Of a stretch of DNA of 64,000 bases, positions 30,921-46,230 are shown piece after piece. The translations under genes and the position numbers were made by a program. Location: assembly GCF_009914755.1 (NCBI RefSeq), contig NC_060928.1; one strand, 5' to 3'. Within the stretch, counting starts at the first letter, position 1, and each line of letters begins with the position of its first letter. A model generated the notes under the pieces. The model was not told where the DNA came from and searched no databases. It worked only from the letters and a program-made list of their open reading frames with translations. Source of the DNA: the human T2T-CHM13v2.0 reference genome, Homo sapiens.

Positions 30921-31509
30921 AAAGCCACACACTAAGGGGCAAAACAGAGAAGAGGAGCTGGGGTCATCGATAGTTGTGGAGCTAGGGACTATCTCCAGAC
31001 TTTATTTATAAGAAAGAAAAATAAATCATTCCATTTTCAAGCCACCATATCAAATGTCTATTACCAATAGCCACACAGCAATTCTTAAGTAACATAGTAG
31101 GCAACCTTATGTTACAAATGAGAGAAGTGGCCCAGGGTAATACCAGTTTATAAGTAGCAGAGGCCAAAGGTTTTGATTCTAGTCTTGTGACCTTTCTTCT
31201 AGAGGGGATGGGGCAGAGTATATTTTAAGGACAAGAAAAGGGTTCCCACTTACAAAAGCAGACCTTTCCAGCCAACTCTACTGACCTTCTGAGAAGTTAT
31301 TTCTGAATCCCATTTGTATGTGTTGCCAGAACACTGAGAAAGAAGAGGGTTTGATAAGTAATGGCAATTACGAATACATATAAAGTTTGTTTTGCTTGAA
31401 GAACAGAGAGTTCTTAATTACATATTCAGAGATGTTCGTCGTAATTTTGCTGTATACTGCAAATATTCTGTATTAGTTATAAATTTATGTAAAATGTTTT
31501 AAATCTAAA

Positions 31510-32960
31510 ATTATTTATTCACAAATAGTTTTTGGAGAATCTGGTATGGGGATAACACTTATACTAAGGTTGAGGAGTGAGATTGCAGGGATTTGAGAAA
31601 GATACAAGCTCCTACCCATGAGGAGATTAAAATGTACAGTGGGACATAAAACATGTACATGAATAGCTACAATGGATGTTTTGTACTGCCAGCAAGGGGT
31701 CGTGATTAATTTTTTAAAAATTACCTTGGGCTTAAGGAATCAGGAAAGGCTTCATGGAAGAGGTGGTAATCGTGTTTTAAGACCTTAAAATGCAGATGGA
31801 TACAGGCAATTCAGGCCCAGGAAGTGATCCAAGAAAGGCTCAGAGCCAGTTACGAGGCAAGTGTGTTAAAGAAGTTTCAAGAAGTCCAGACACACGGAAG
31901 CACAATGTCTTATGCTAGAGAACCAGGGTAGATGGGACTAAGAAGGTAGCTTAAGGTCAAATTACAAAGACTCTTGAAGGCCAGGCTAACAGCTTTGTAA
32001 TCTATTTAGTATACAGTGTGGATCAGAGCAGTGACCTCAAAAGATAAATGTGCCAAGCCTGTGCAAAATGAATTTGCCAGGGAGAAAAGAGAGGCACGGG
32101 ACCATGTGAGAGGCTACTGCAATAGTCCAGGCAAGAGGTCAGGAGTGCCAGAATTAGGGCATAGGCAGTGGGAATGGGAGAGAAGGGCTGAGGGCCAGAG
32201 ACAAAGACCTGACTGCACTTGGCAAGATGTGTGAGACTAGGCGAAGGGATCAGGTGACTCAAGACTCTGGCTGTGGAAATGAGAAGCTTTAATTAGAAGT
32301 CCTGGGCCCAGGAACGCAAATATCTAACTGTCGATAGGAAGCATGGAACTGGCCCGTGGGAGAGGCATCAGGATTGAAGTTTTAGATTTGGGAGTCATGT
32401 GTCTGGAAGTGATAGATGAAGCCATTAAAAACAGGGAAACATGGCTTGGCACAGTGGCTCACGCCTGTAATCCCGGCACTTTTGGAGGCTGAGGCATTTG
32501 GATCACCTGAGGTGAGGAGTTTGAGACCAGCCTGGCCAACATGGCCAAACCCCGTCTCTACTAAAAATACAAAAATTAGCCAGGCATGGTGGCGTCTGCC
32601 TGTAATCCCAGCTACTCGGGAGGCTGAGGCAGGAGAATCGCTTAAACCAGGAGGCGGAGGTTGCAGTGAGCCGAGATCACACCATTGCACTCCAGCCTAG
32701 GCAACAGAGCGAGATTCCATCTCAAAAAAAAAAAAAAAGGGAAAGAGTGGAAAAGGAGAAATTTGGGGATAGGAACTCAAGTAACAGTGACAACTGGTAG
32801 GAAAGGAAGGAGAGTTGGAAGGGAGTTAGGGAGGAAGTGAAAGAAGAAAGGAAGATCAGAGAAGCAGGGAGGAAACAGAATGTAAAGTTACAGAGGAAAA
32901 GGAAGAAAAGAGTTTAAAGAGGGAGTTCTATTAACAGTATTAAAGCAGTCAAATCACCTT
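31510..32960 (-). mobile_element. L2 LINE fragment interrupted by an Alu
   Basis: GAATCAGGAAAGGCTTCATGGAAGAGGTGG, GAGGCTACTGCAATAGTCCAGGCAAGAG, GATTTGGGAGTCAT. Confidence 0.7.
32443..32738 (+). mobile_element. Alu (AluSx-like)
   Basis: Full dimer with A tail; AGGGAAA on both flanks. Confidence 0.95.
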
Positions 32961-33249
32961 CTCCAGTTTGTTTTTCTTAAACTTGACTTTTCTTTTGTAG
33001 GGGTAACTCAGTTCTGTTGAGGAACAACTCCCAGCACATGCCAAGAATCCCTTCCTTCCCCTGGGAAGAAATGGCCACAGCCACCAGATAGGTTTTGAAA
33101 CCTCACTGATGAAGCAGAAAAACAGTTGTCAGTGATTTGAGAGCCCTGAAATCTGGTCCAAGTTCTGCCTAGCAAGTAAATTTCACAACCTCTCTGGGTG
33201 TATGTAAATTCCCCTATAAAACAATGGGTCAAGATTAATTGCACAAAGA

Positions 33250-33620
33250 TACACATTGAAGGATGCTTGTTGTAATATTGCTTTATTATAGCAAAAGTCT
33301 GGAAACAACCCAAATGTCCAGCAACAAGGTATTGGTTACATAAATTGATATGTTCATCTAGCAGGTCACTTTGCAGCCATTAAAGGTTACAATGTAGAAA
33401 TAATTTGTCGACACATAAAGATGTATACATTATATTGAGTTCAGAAGCAAATTATAAAACATGATCTTTTTATAACATATATGTATAGAAAAAATTTATA
33501 GATGATATAAATTTCTAAAAGGAAAGATGAGTGGTTGCATATTTCATTTTGCTCATCTGTACCTTCTAATTTTTCTCAAATAAAAACTGCAGGTAAAAGT
33601 TCAAAAACATACTTTTTAAA
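33250..33620 (+). mobile_element. L1ME-type fragment
   Basis: TTTATTATAGCAAAAGTCTGGAAACAACCCAAATGTCCAGCAAC. Confidence 0.7.
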
Positions 33621-35044
33621 GTGAAATGACTTCTATATGGCTATAAGACTAACCCTCCACCATCAGACTATTTATTTTGTTTTTTCTGTAAGAATATTTA
33701 TTATATATACATAAAAATAATAAGAATATTATTCATTATATGTCATTTTAATTAATAAAAAATTGTGTGGGCTTTTGTGAACTTGGAGCTGCCTTAAAAA
33801 CCCTTAAATCTAAAGTGAGAAAACCTGAACTCAACAAGTGCAGCCACCATGGGAAGCTTCCTTAACTCCAGAGTTCCAGCTTCTTTGTTTCGTAAAATTC
33901 AATGATATTCCCCACCCCATAGAACTTGGCGTCTGAGGTTGAGTGAGCTGAAATAAAGTGTATTCCAGTTCTTCTAAGCAACAGAGGGCCATCCACATCT
34001 AAAGCTGTTATTACATTCGCTACATCAAGCGTTAACTAGTGTTCTAATTAAACACCATGGAATCTTCCAGCTCTCTGGCATTTATCTATGGGTAGAACAA
34101 ATGTATACTGAAGTCCTACATGAGCCAGCCAAGCACTATGGCAGGTCCTGGAGATGCAATGAGAAGCAACACAGACATTCTCTTTGCCTTTATGTTCCAT
34201 TATCAAGTCATTTTCTAAACACCGAGACACAAGTGTTAGACTCTAACAGACCTAATTCTAATTAGAGCTTTTAAAGGTGTTAGAACCCAGGCCAGGTATG
34301 AACCTAGCTACACTATCATTTACTTATGTGCCAAAGAGTTTGATCATACCCATTTCAAAGATCTATTCTAAAGATTAAGTAATTATACAAAAATGCCTGG
34401 AACATAGCAGGACCTCTATAAACATAGCTATTACCATTTTCATTATGAATCCCATTGTTTGCTGATTTAATTACCAACATACCCTCCACACATTTCTTTT
34501 CAAGTCACTTAACAGCAAATTTAATTTCACCAGACACACCTCAATGTCAGTCAATTCCTCATCTTTCACTATTTAGGAAATATTTTTGCTAATCATCTGC
34601 CAGAATTCTTGTTATTTTCAGAGTAACTTGTGTAGCTGTTATTCAGTTTTCACTCTTTGACACTCTTAGTAGATTCTTTGTTGGTTTCTTTTCTTCTCTG
34701 GGACAATAGTAAGGTGTCTAGGTTTCAAATACTTAGCTTCTATTCAAAAAGGAAAAAAAATACTTTTGGATAATGATTGTTTCCTTAGTGGTTAAAAACA
34801 GAGGGAAAAGAAGCAGGAGAGGGGGCTGGCACAAAGAGAGATGCTATGACACTTAGCATCTTCCAGAATTTTGGTCGTCTCTACTGAGAACATTTCCAGC
34901 AGATGAACACCAAAGAAAAAGGCACACAGGTCAGGACGCCATCTGTTGCTCAGTTGGAACAGACCATTCTGCTCAGAAACCACGGAAGTGTGATATTGCC
35001 CTTCACTTCCCACTCCCTGACCAACACAATTCCTAACAAATCTT

Positions 35045-35047
<3 letters not shown>

Positions 35048-35075
<28 letters not shown>
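35048..35075. repeat. (TG)n microsatellite
   Basis: About 14 TG units. Confidence 0.97.
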
Positions 35076-35296
35076 CTTATGCAACAACACAAACCCAGGA
35101 AACATCACACCCTAAACAAATAATCCCCTTCCCCTTAGCAGCATCCTAGATACACAAAGTATGCAATAGAATCCAAAGAACCCTACAATCCCGAAAAACA
35201 CAGAGATGAAAAGGCTGCCCTCTCCCAATTTCAGCCTTGGAGAACTTCCTTAATGCCACAGCCGAACTATGTAATTGTGACCACACTTCCTTATGG

Positions 35297-35318
35297 CTGC
35301 AGTGCCACCTAGCGGCCA
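35297..35318 (-). promoter_or_regulatory. CTCF core motif
   Basis: Minus strand TGGCCGCTAGGTGGCACTGCAG matches consensus TGGCCACCAGGGGGCGCTA at the key positions; lies in unique sequence. Confidence 0.7.
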
Positions 35319-36466
35319 GGTGAGCTAGGGGCGCACTCATTCTCAGTCTGAAAAAGCAACTTTTATCTGCTGACTCTTCAATTCTTTCCAGAGAGGAACA
35401 GAAGTGGCTGGTGCACATGACGGCCAGAATTAGGAATCATCAGGGTTCTATCACATTCAAACTATTTCCTGATTATAATCACATCCAAATCACCCAGAAG
35501 AGACAAAAGAGGATAGAAAAATTCCTGCCAACTTTAGGTTTTCATGTCCAAATGCATCCTCATACAAACTCACAAACTAGCACAAATATTGAGTCTAAAT
35601 CCAGGCAACCTTGTGTATTTTAAAGTCTTCAAGGCATGCAATTATATACATTAAATTATTTTCAAACAAAAAGAAAAGTGAAAAATAGGCTCTAAAGAAC
35701 CAGTAATGAGATTCTTCTTTTCTCTTTTCCATAAACAGTTCTGTCAGTTGCTGACATTTCTGATGCCATCAGACACTTATAACTGGACTGCAACTTTATC
35801 TGCATAGAATAACCAAAAGCGTATGCACCTTTTACAGATGACAGCTTAAATAATGTAATTTGTTTGAGACTTAACGTGGGGATACACAACCTAATTCAGT
35901 TCATTTTAAACCCAAATTATTCTGGTTAATAGCCTGGTAAATCTCAGAACAGAAAGTGTGCACCGCTGCTAAGTATTCCATATTAAAAATAGTTTGTGAT
36001 GGGATGTGCTTTTTTTAATTTAAAGTTTAATGTACATTAACATTTTTAGATGAAAAACTGACAATCTGAGAACAGTTCTAAATTCTCCTTTGATTATTTT
36101 TCCGGCGCGTTGAAGGCATGATATAGCTACATAAATAGGCTAACACTCTGGTTCTTTGGAAGATTAGTGTCTGTCCGATCGTATGCCCGTTTTTATAACT
36201 CTCTAGTGGGTTTTTAATGCAGAATGGATCATGTCCACACTCCCGGCTGGGATTCCAAGTCACAAAAGTCTTTCTTAATTTCTGATCCATACCTCCTGGT
36301 TGACTTACTCACTGTCCCCTGCTGAGATCCACCCTAGACTAAATTTTAAGCAGGCCAAGTTGATTCTTTCCTGCCCACACTTTCCACACAAGCCAGCAGC
36401 CCTCCCCTACCACTTGGCACATTCTCCAACCGATTCTTGCTGTTGAACCGGGGTAGCGTTCCCAGA

Positions 36467-36826
36467 TGTCTTGGTCTGCTTGGGTTGCTATCACAGAAAA
36501 CCTTAGACTGGGTAATTCATAAACAACAGAAATTTACTGCTCACAATTCTGGAGCCTGGGAAGTCCATGATCAAAGCACCAGCAGATATGGTGTCTGGTG
36601 AGGGCCTGCTCCTCATAGATGGTGCCTTCTACATGTCCTCATATGGCAGAAAATGTTAAAAGCATTCCCTCAAGCCTCTTTCATAAGGTCACTAATTCCA
36701 TTCTTGAGGGCAGAGCCCTCATGATCTAATCACCTCCCAATGACCCCATCCTCTCACACTATTGCATTGGGGATTTAGGTTTCAACATATACATTTTGGA
36801 GCGACATGCACACTCAGATCATAACA
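36467..36826 (-). mobile_element. MLT1A-like MaLR solo LTR
   Basis: TGTCTT...ATAACA ends; 5-bp TSD CCAGA/CTAGA. Confidence 0.85.
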
Positions 36827-36981
36827 CTAGATTTAGAAAAAACAACAAACAAACAAAAAATCAAGATGAGACATCCAGTTGTATTTGAATTTCAGATAAA
36901 CAGAAAATTTTTTAGCAGGAGTATGTCCCAAATATTGTATGGGATATACTTAAATCAAAACATTATTTATTGTTTATCTAG

Positions 36982-37302
<321 letters not shown>

Positions 37303-37756
37303 AACAGTTTACATTTGATCCAACAACTCTAGCCCAGAGGAGCCCTGGTCTTCCACGCAACAGCCCCTGCTGTGAGTCCTTCCTCAGCCACTGCCTCCAT
37401 GATGCGTACCTGTCAGCATTCTTTCAAGACATCTAAGTAAGCAGTACTGAAATCTGAGAGTCAAATTTTAAGCTGTCTTGTGGTGTGCATACAATTAGTA
37501 GTACATGCCTTTATCATTTTGTTCTTGTTATGTTTATTTTTTGGTGATTCCTTATTAAGGACATATAATACTGCTTTTCCATGGTAGTGATAGAGAGCTC
37601 CTTATAAATTAAACTTAAGTTGTTGGTTAAAAAAAAAATAACGTAAGTCAGTTTAAGGGGAAAAATTAAGTAAACAATATTGCAGATGCTACTCAGATTA
37701 AACAATATAATGAGTCGTACTAAAAGGATTGAAGTTCAGGAAACAATTACCTAAAG

Positions 37757-37990
37757 CAGGGGTCAGCAAACTATGGCCCATAGGCCAAATCCGGCCCACT
37801 GTCTGTTTTTGTAAATAAAGTTTTATTGGGACACAGCCCACCATTCATTTATTGTATCATCCATGGCTGTTTTCATGCCACAGCAGAGCATACAGCAGAG
37901 TCACATAGTTGCAATAGAGACCATGTGGCTCATGAAGCCTATAATATTAACCTTCTGGCCCTTTACAAAAGAAAAGTTTGCTGATCTTTG
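37757..37990. mobile_element. MER58A hAT-Charlie MITE
   Basis: TIR CAGGGGTCAGCAAACT; perfect 8-bp TSD ACCTAAAG at 37749-37756 and 37991-37998. Confidence 0.9.
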
Positions 37991-39585
37991 ACCTAAAGCA
38001 TCACTCATCCTAGATTGTCAAAGGAAAAGCTAGAACGTTGAAAGTCCTCATGATGGAGATATTTTTGGACAGAGCAGATATATGGCACAATACAGTCTAA
38101 AGCTGACAGGGGCCTCCATTTCCATTTCAGATTCTTTTTATTAACCTCTTTCCCATGACCAGATCTGCCTAAGCTTTCCATCTTTCATTCTCATGTTTTA
38201 AGATTCGGAATAAAATCTGCTTTTTCCAGTAAGCCTTCCCTTATTAACTCAGACCCACCTACACCCTGAGCTACATAGTAGTAAGTGAATATGCCTTTTA
38301 TTGTGTTCTCTTTAAAAATGAAAAAAAAAAAAAAAAGCTATTTGCTCACATAGAGAACTATGACCATATAAGGCAAGCCCTTCTTAATAACCCAACAACA
38401 CAATAATTTAGTACAGAATTTGTTAAAGTTAGCATAAATAGGTAACACAGTAACTTCCATAATCATGCACAAATTACTTCTGAAACAATGGGTAGGCTCT
38501 GGAAATAAAGCTTTAATCAGTTGCAAATGCCTGAGTAAGCATAATTGCACCCCACTAGTTAAGCATCCTTAAGCATGATAGCGTTCTAATCCACAGGTCA
38601 GCAGTATTGCAGCATCCCATGCCGATTCACTAAGGTGGGAAGACATAGACACCTTGGATTTAAAATAAAATTAAAATACAGCCCCTATTATGCTGTTACA
38701 GATATTGAACAGTTGTAGAGATTTTCCCAACCTTGGAAAACACCATATATATACATGGTGTTTATAGATATAATACACACACACACAGACACAAAAACAT
38801 TTGAATTCCAGCTCAGTGTCACCTCCTAAATGAGCCTTCCCACACTGGCATAGACAAAAATCATTGCTCCTCCCTCTGGAGGTCTGTAGATACTGGTTGC
38901 TCTCACAAGTCCAGTATTCACCAACTTGCCATAATCATGTATGTGGTGACAAATCAGTGACCCGGTTGCCTCCAAATTAAGACCCATGTTTGACTTGCTT
39001 TCTCCAGTGCCTAACACGTGATAGGGCTTGATATGTTTTTGCTAAAAGATGAGATGAAACCCTCTAAAGTCATTCCAAATTAGATCCAAGGAGAATATGA
39101 CCATTCAGTTCTGTTAAACTAGCAGAATAAAACAAAACTAAATAACTATTTCTCACTAATCAAAGAAGTATTCTATTTGTAATCCAGCTTGGTTGACAAG
39201 TTATGACTATCAAAGCAAGATACATGAGCTGTGTTGGGGGGCTGGGGGGGTGTCCCATGACCTCTAGTCTTTCCCTTTTTGTATGCTATCATATAAAAAG
39301 TTTGAGTTGAGTTTTTGTCATTGGTTGAGTTTTTATCATCTGCCTAATGCTACTGCTTTTTCTCTTAGGAAATATGTCATTGTCAGTTATTTGCACATTA
39401 GTATGAATAAGACAATTCATTACCTGTCTCAGCCTCAATTCCAACTGAGGCTGTAAAAGCATTATTTCAAATTAAAGGAACTGACAACAAAAGCAACAGA
39501 CCAGGGAAAAGTCAAACACTACCAACGCTGCCTACAAGTCAGGCCCATCTGGATGGACTGTGACCTTGGCTCAACTAGACACATA

Positions 39586-39597
39586 CAAAATGGCGGC
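39586..39597 (+). promoter_or_regulatory. YY1 consensus motif
   Basis: CAAAATGGCGGC in unique sequence. Confidence 0.4.
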
Positions 39598-39779
39598 CAT
39601 GATGGTGGAGATCGAAATACCAGTGACAATTCTTTTTGGCACCTTTTCTAGATCTGAGTCTCACTTCATTGATTTTAAAACATGATAATACAGTATTTAA
39701 AACTAACTGGTACATGTATAAAAGTAAAGATCTTGAGAAGAAATGGAAAACTTGGGGGAAACTTTTACTGTATCCATAA

Positions 39780-40266
<487 letters not shown>

Positions 40267-42907
40267 GCTATACACACTTTTTAAGTAAACATCTGGAAAT
40301 CGGAGAGTGAAGCAAATGCTAAATCCAGAAGGAACTATGTACTTTAGGTTCCAGTATCCATCCCAGTTAGAATGCCATAGTCCCAAGCGAGATGCACTAT
40401 AAAAAGCATAATTTGAGCATCATCTCTCATCATTCAATATAGTTTTTCAACCCTTTCAAAATTACATTGAAAAATCTATATAATGTGTGCTTAGATTAAT
40501 GAACTGTTTGAATCTGGATCAATAAGCACTCGAGGCTCTGTGCCGTTGACACCTGCTGGGAACATCTAGAAGAATGCTTCGTAGAGGGCAGAGCCAGTCG
40601 GCACTTTGAAACTACAGGGGTTCCACTTAATAAACAAGCAATCTAATATATGACCTCTGCAGATTAATTTTCTGAGAGCAAGCAAATAATCTGGATTCAA
40701 ATTTTCCCTGATTATGCATATAATTACAGTATCACTTACCAATTAACACATTGATTTAAACCTTCTTGGGATTATGTATTTCAGAGTATAAAAGAGATCA
40801 TCCAAACGCTCAATGCCTCTCCAGTTTGGCAAAGAATCACATGGAATGCAACTTCCCACCCATCTGATTTCTCTTATGGAAGAAAAAAATCTGTGATGGT
40901 AACAGATTACAGAGGATACCTTAAAATATCACGGGCCATAATTATTGTCTCAATAACTGGACCACAAGGACACACATTATAACATAATAGCCAAGTCTTG
41001 GGGAAACTTTGTCATCTCCTGAAATATTTCTGTAGAATCATATATTTATAAAACTGCTTCTCTAGCTTGGATTATTATTATTTTTTAATTTACTGCAGCA
41101 CCCAGGGTATAATTTATCCACCATTAGACAGTTACATAAATAGACAAAGATATATGGTGGAGATTCTTCTCTACTTTAGACAAGTATAATAATTAATGTT
41201 AGTCGTTTCTTATTCCTACATAAAATTTCCCATTAAAAATGTTAATATGCTCCTTCATAAGTCCAGATAGTGATGAAAACAGAAGATACAAGGAAAATAG
41301 CTACATAGCATGCATACATATGTAAAAGAAGTTAAAAGTAATAAATCAACATGGCCAATATAACGAAGCCTGCTGTCCAACAGTAAAAGCTGTCAGAATG
41401 AGGTTTCATTATTAAGACCTTGATATCCAACCGTTGGGCTGAATAAAATCATTCATATCACTTCTGCACTTTCAGGGAGAGAATTCACATCTAGGATCAA
41501 ATTGTCATGGTGCCGAATTCCTGATTTTTTCCCCTTGTGTTACTTTCTGAATAATTATTTGAATCTCCACAGGAAATGAAAGTTGACTAAAGCTAACAAC
41601 GAAATAACAAGCTTTTACACACAAAGAAATTACTCTATGGTGTTTTATTTAACAATAAATATTTCAAAAAGGAATGCTTACACATTTGAAAAAATAAAGA
41701 TCTGACTAATTCAAATTCCAGCCCTACTGTTTTCTCAGTAAGATAAGTAACACAAGCAATCATAAATATGGTTTAAAATTACAACGGGGAGGGAACACTT
41801 GCAATCAGTTAAGTTTAGACCTTGTCCTTATTTCTTCTTACAGAAGAAGGTAGAGAGGTAAAGCCCTCTAATATAATACTTCGTAATTCCAGAACATATA
41901 CTATTGATATTGTGATTCTTTCTGAGACATAATAACTAATTATTCAGAAAGTGTCAGAAAATAAATCCAACTCCTCCTCTAACCTTAGTCCCTAATTTAA
42001 AGGGGAAGAAAAACAGGGCTTCTAAGGATGAAAAGTCCCAAGTGCCATTTAAAAATAAAAGGAACATTTCAAATAAACTTCAATCTCCTTGACAGCATAC
42101 GAACAAAAACAGCAGCGATATACCAGCTTCTTCCCAAAACAAAACCCAGTGAAATTACTGAGAATTTCAGCTACTGTAATCCAACTATGTGAAACTCTGG
42201 GGGTGTCAGCAGCTACTCAATAAAAAGGAAAAGTGAAAATAGTACAAAAATGGTTCCTAATAGCAATAATGTATAGTTTTGTGGTCATTACTGGTCAGAT
42301 AATAACCGGCAGTGACCTTAAAACCATGCATTATGGCTTAAGTATGGGCTAGTGCTCATTGCAGATGTGTAGCTTAGAAATAAGCAATACAATCTTGCCA
42401 TAAAAGCTCAAACTGTTCCAAGTCTGGCTTGCGTGCATGGATTTTTCCCTCTCTAGTGTTATCACACCAGGAATCTTATAATGATCTGAAAAATATGTAC
42501 CTTAGGGCAATAGTTCTATACTGAAAAGATAAATACTCGGGCCAAGGCAATCTAAAACATACACAGAGAGCGGGCTCCAGTAAGGCAGGTGAATGTTTTT
42601 ACAACAGAGACTCGGGTACATTTTGACCTTTTTTAAGTTTCAGCTGTCAGGAAAGCTGCAAGAATCTCAGTTAATATGTTCTTCACCTCCGTGAAATGAC
42701 ATATCAATATTCCCATTCTGCAGATCAAAACACTGAGGCACAGGTAAACCAGATAACCTGTTGGGGAGGAAGCAAGGCAATGATGCTGAGAATTAACTGC
42801 TTTGTAGGGCAGGCTTAGGTTCCCATAGTAAGGTCAATTTTTTTACAATTTTCTAATGTCCTCATTACAAATTCACTTGTATTTCTTTTCTGCCTCCTGT
42901 AAACTGA

Positions 42908-43220
<313 letters not shown>

Positions 43221-43352
43221 GACCTATCCAGTTTGTTTTTTCAGGTGAAACACTCAAGAGTCTGCAGAGCCAGTGGAGACCTGCCCAACGGTGCTGGATC
43301 TGCCTCACAGCTGCAGCGTGCCATAGGTGGGTGGGCCAATATCTGTCTAGAA

Positions 43353-43876
43353 CAGGGGTTCTCAAGGGGCTGTGATTTTTGTCCCTTGGAGTCATTCTGG
43401 AGACATTTCGGGTTGTCATAACTGGAGGTGTGGCAGGAGGGGTGGTTACTGGCATCTAATGAATGTAAAGGTCAGGAGATCCACAAGAAAGTCTCCCACA
43501 ATAAAGAATTATCCAGCGCTGGCCAGGTGCACTGGCTCACACCTATATTCCCAGTGCTTTGGGAGCCTGAGGTGGGAGGATCACTTGAGGCCAGGAGTTG
43601 GAGACCAGCCTGGGTCACATAGCAAGACCTCTTTTCTATAAAAAAAAATTTTTTTAATTAGCCAGCCATGGTGGCATATGTCTTTAGTCCCAGCTACTCG
43701 GGAGGCTGAGGGGTGAGGATCACTGGAGCCCAGGAGTTTAAGGTTGCAGTGAGCCATGATGGCACCACACCACTGCACTCCAGCATGGGTGACAGAGTGA
43801 GAGAGACCCTGTCTCCAAAAAAAAAAAAAGAATTATCCAGCCCAAATGACCATAGTGCCAAGACTGAGAAGCTCTA
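43353..43876. mobile_element. MER20 hAT-Charlie MITE interrupted by AluJ
   Basis: CAGGGGTTCTCAA...TCTGGAGACATTT...AAAGAATTATCCAGC...TGAGAAGCTCTA; TSD GTCTAGA(A/T). Confidence 0.85.
43521..43828 (+). mobile_element. AluJ
   Basis: 15-bp TSD AAAGAATTATCCAGC at 43503-43517 and 43827-43841. Confidence 0.95.
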
Positions 43877-45343
43877 GTCTAGATTCCTTGCTGTTTAGAA
43901 CAGGCGTCTTCCTGATATTCGCACGCATCCCAGCGCCTCTCCTGGTGTCTAGTGTATAGAAGACCCTCCATCAGTGCTGGCAGAGAGAATGGCCAAAGGC
44001 AGTCAATGGCAAGAGAGCCAAGATTTCTTCTTTCCCTCTCTCTCTCTTTTCCCCCTGCCTACTCCCTCTCTCTTATTTTACTCTCTATTCTTTCTCTTTG
44101 CTCAAAATGCTACATTTGGAGAATGGTTCACAGTTTCCAAAGCAGCTCAGCTTATGTGATCTTCAAAACAATCCTGTAGGGGTAATATTATACCTTACTC
44201 TACACAGAGCAAAACAAAAGTTCACAAAATATAAGGAATTTCTCAAAGATTACCTAAGTGACTAAGTTATAAAGGGGAAGCTGGATGCATGTCTACCTTC
44301 AGAAACAAGTGTTCTCTCCAAGTAAAGGACACCCTTTGACAGTACTTGGTCTTGTTGCAAGGAGTGGCTGGTACATCTTCTAAAATGATTCAAAACTATT
44401 CATAAGTAGTTGGGTAGCAAGAATAACATAATAGGAAGATATTCAGGCTGACACCCCTCCTCTCTTTCCTGTGGTGATTGGAAGCCCAACATTCCCAGAC
44501 TGAAAAAATGAAATTGTATCTTTCTTATCATTAGGCATACAAATGTCTTATTTTAAAAGCCTCAGGCCATGGGATAATCTCAGGCATTATGAGGACAGAG
44601 TACAGTTGACATTGGACCCAGTACCACAAGCCATTGACCTCTGGAAGTGATGAGAGACCCAACAAAAGGTCAGAAACTGGTGTCAGATTGCTGCCGGCAC
44701 ATGACAAAATACATGTGAAATTTCTCTGCAAATTCCCATCTATTTGGCCTGGAACAGTGGCAGAGTACACCCTTGTGGTCAGTAGCTGGCCTGAGCAGGC
44801 ACTGGGCGAGGTAGTAAATACACAAAAGTGGTAAAAAAAGAAAACTCAGACGTGAGCTGTGTGCGTGTGTACACATATTTATAACGTCCAAAGAACTCGT
44901 GTCTATTTTTCTGTGCTGTGTATACACTTGCTCACACTCTCTCTCTCTCTCCCTCTGTTTCACACACATGCAACACACACACACTCACACAGTTTTTTAT
45001 ATTTCCTGAGTTCTTTGGTATATCAGGCCCTTTGCTAGATGCCAAAGACACAAAGATGAGTTGGTCTCCTGCGTCACCCCCTACAAGGCCTAATGAGGGA
45101 GACAAAGGCATATTAGCAGGTGAATCACATTACAAAAAGGCCAGTGTTCAATGGGAGATCAGGAAGCTTGACACCCACAGGGGAAGGGAAACAAATAACT
45201 CTGCCTAAAAAGGGCCAGAGAAGGGACATTGAAGCTAGGACATGAAAAACAAGAAGGGGTTTGCCAACAGAAAAGCAAAGCAGCCTGAGGGCAGGAGGGG
45301 AAAGGCATGGAGCAGGCAGAGCCATGTGCAGGGACAGTGAGAA

Positions 45344-45642
<299 letters not shown>

Positions 45643-45947
45643 TGACAGTGAGAATTTATCTGCATGTGACTTCAGAAGAGTTTTCTTGAGATCCAGTCCT
45701 GGTCCTATGTAAGAACCTGATGAGGAAGATTGAGGTGGAACTGGAAAAAGCCTTACATGCCAAGTGAAAGAATTTAGATTATCCCCTAGGACCCAGCACT
45801 TTTTAAAACTTTTCTGATGCTGCCCAAAGACACACATTTTACATCACAACCTAGCACATACACGCAAGTATCTATAACAGAAATAAAAAGTTCACATAAC
45901 AACACTAGCCCTTTCTATGTGAAATTCACCCCGATATTTTGTATTTC

Positions 45948-46230
45948 TTTTTTTTTTTTTTTTTTTTTGAGATTGAGTCCCACTCTGTCTCCCAGGCTGG
46001 AGTGCAGTGGCGCGATCTCAGCTCACTGCAACCTCCGCTCCTGGGTTCACGCCATTCTCCTGCCTCAGCCTCCCGAGTAGCTGGGACTGCAGGCGCCCGC
46101 CACCACGCCCGGCTAATTTTTTTTTTGTATTTTTAGTAGAGACGGGGTTTCACCGTGTTAGCCAGGATGGTCTCGATCTCCTGACCTCGTGATCCCCCTG
46201 CCTCGGCCTCCCAAAGGGCTAGGATTACAG
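45948..46230 (-). mobile_element. AluY-like, ~20 nt 5'-truncated
   Basis: Ends at GGATTACAG; GTATTTC on both flanks. Confidence 0.94.

Noticed and set aside
36090-36220. DYFSGALKA...FFG resemblance to a retroviral/Gypsy integrase core
   Set aside because: Spacing is wrong and the second catalytic Asp is absent; likely chance
39595-39660. C/D-box snoRNA-like layout (ATGATGG ... CTGA)
   Set aside because: C box lacks the essential terminal A, the stem is only 3 bp and no rRNA-antisense element was recognised
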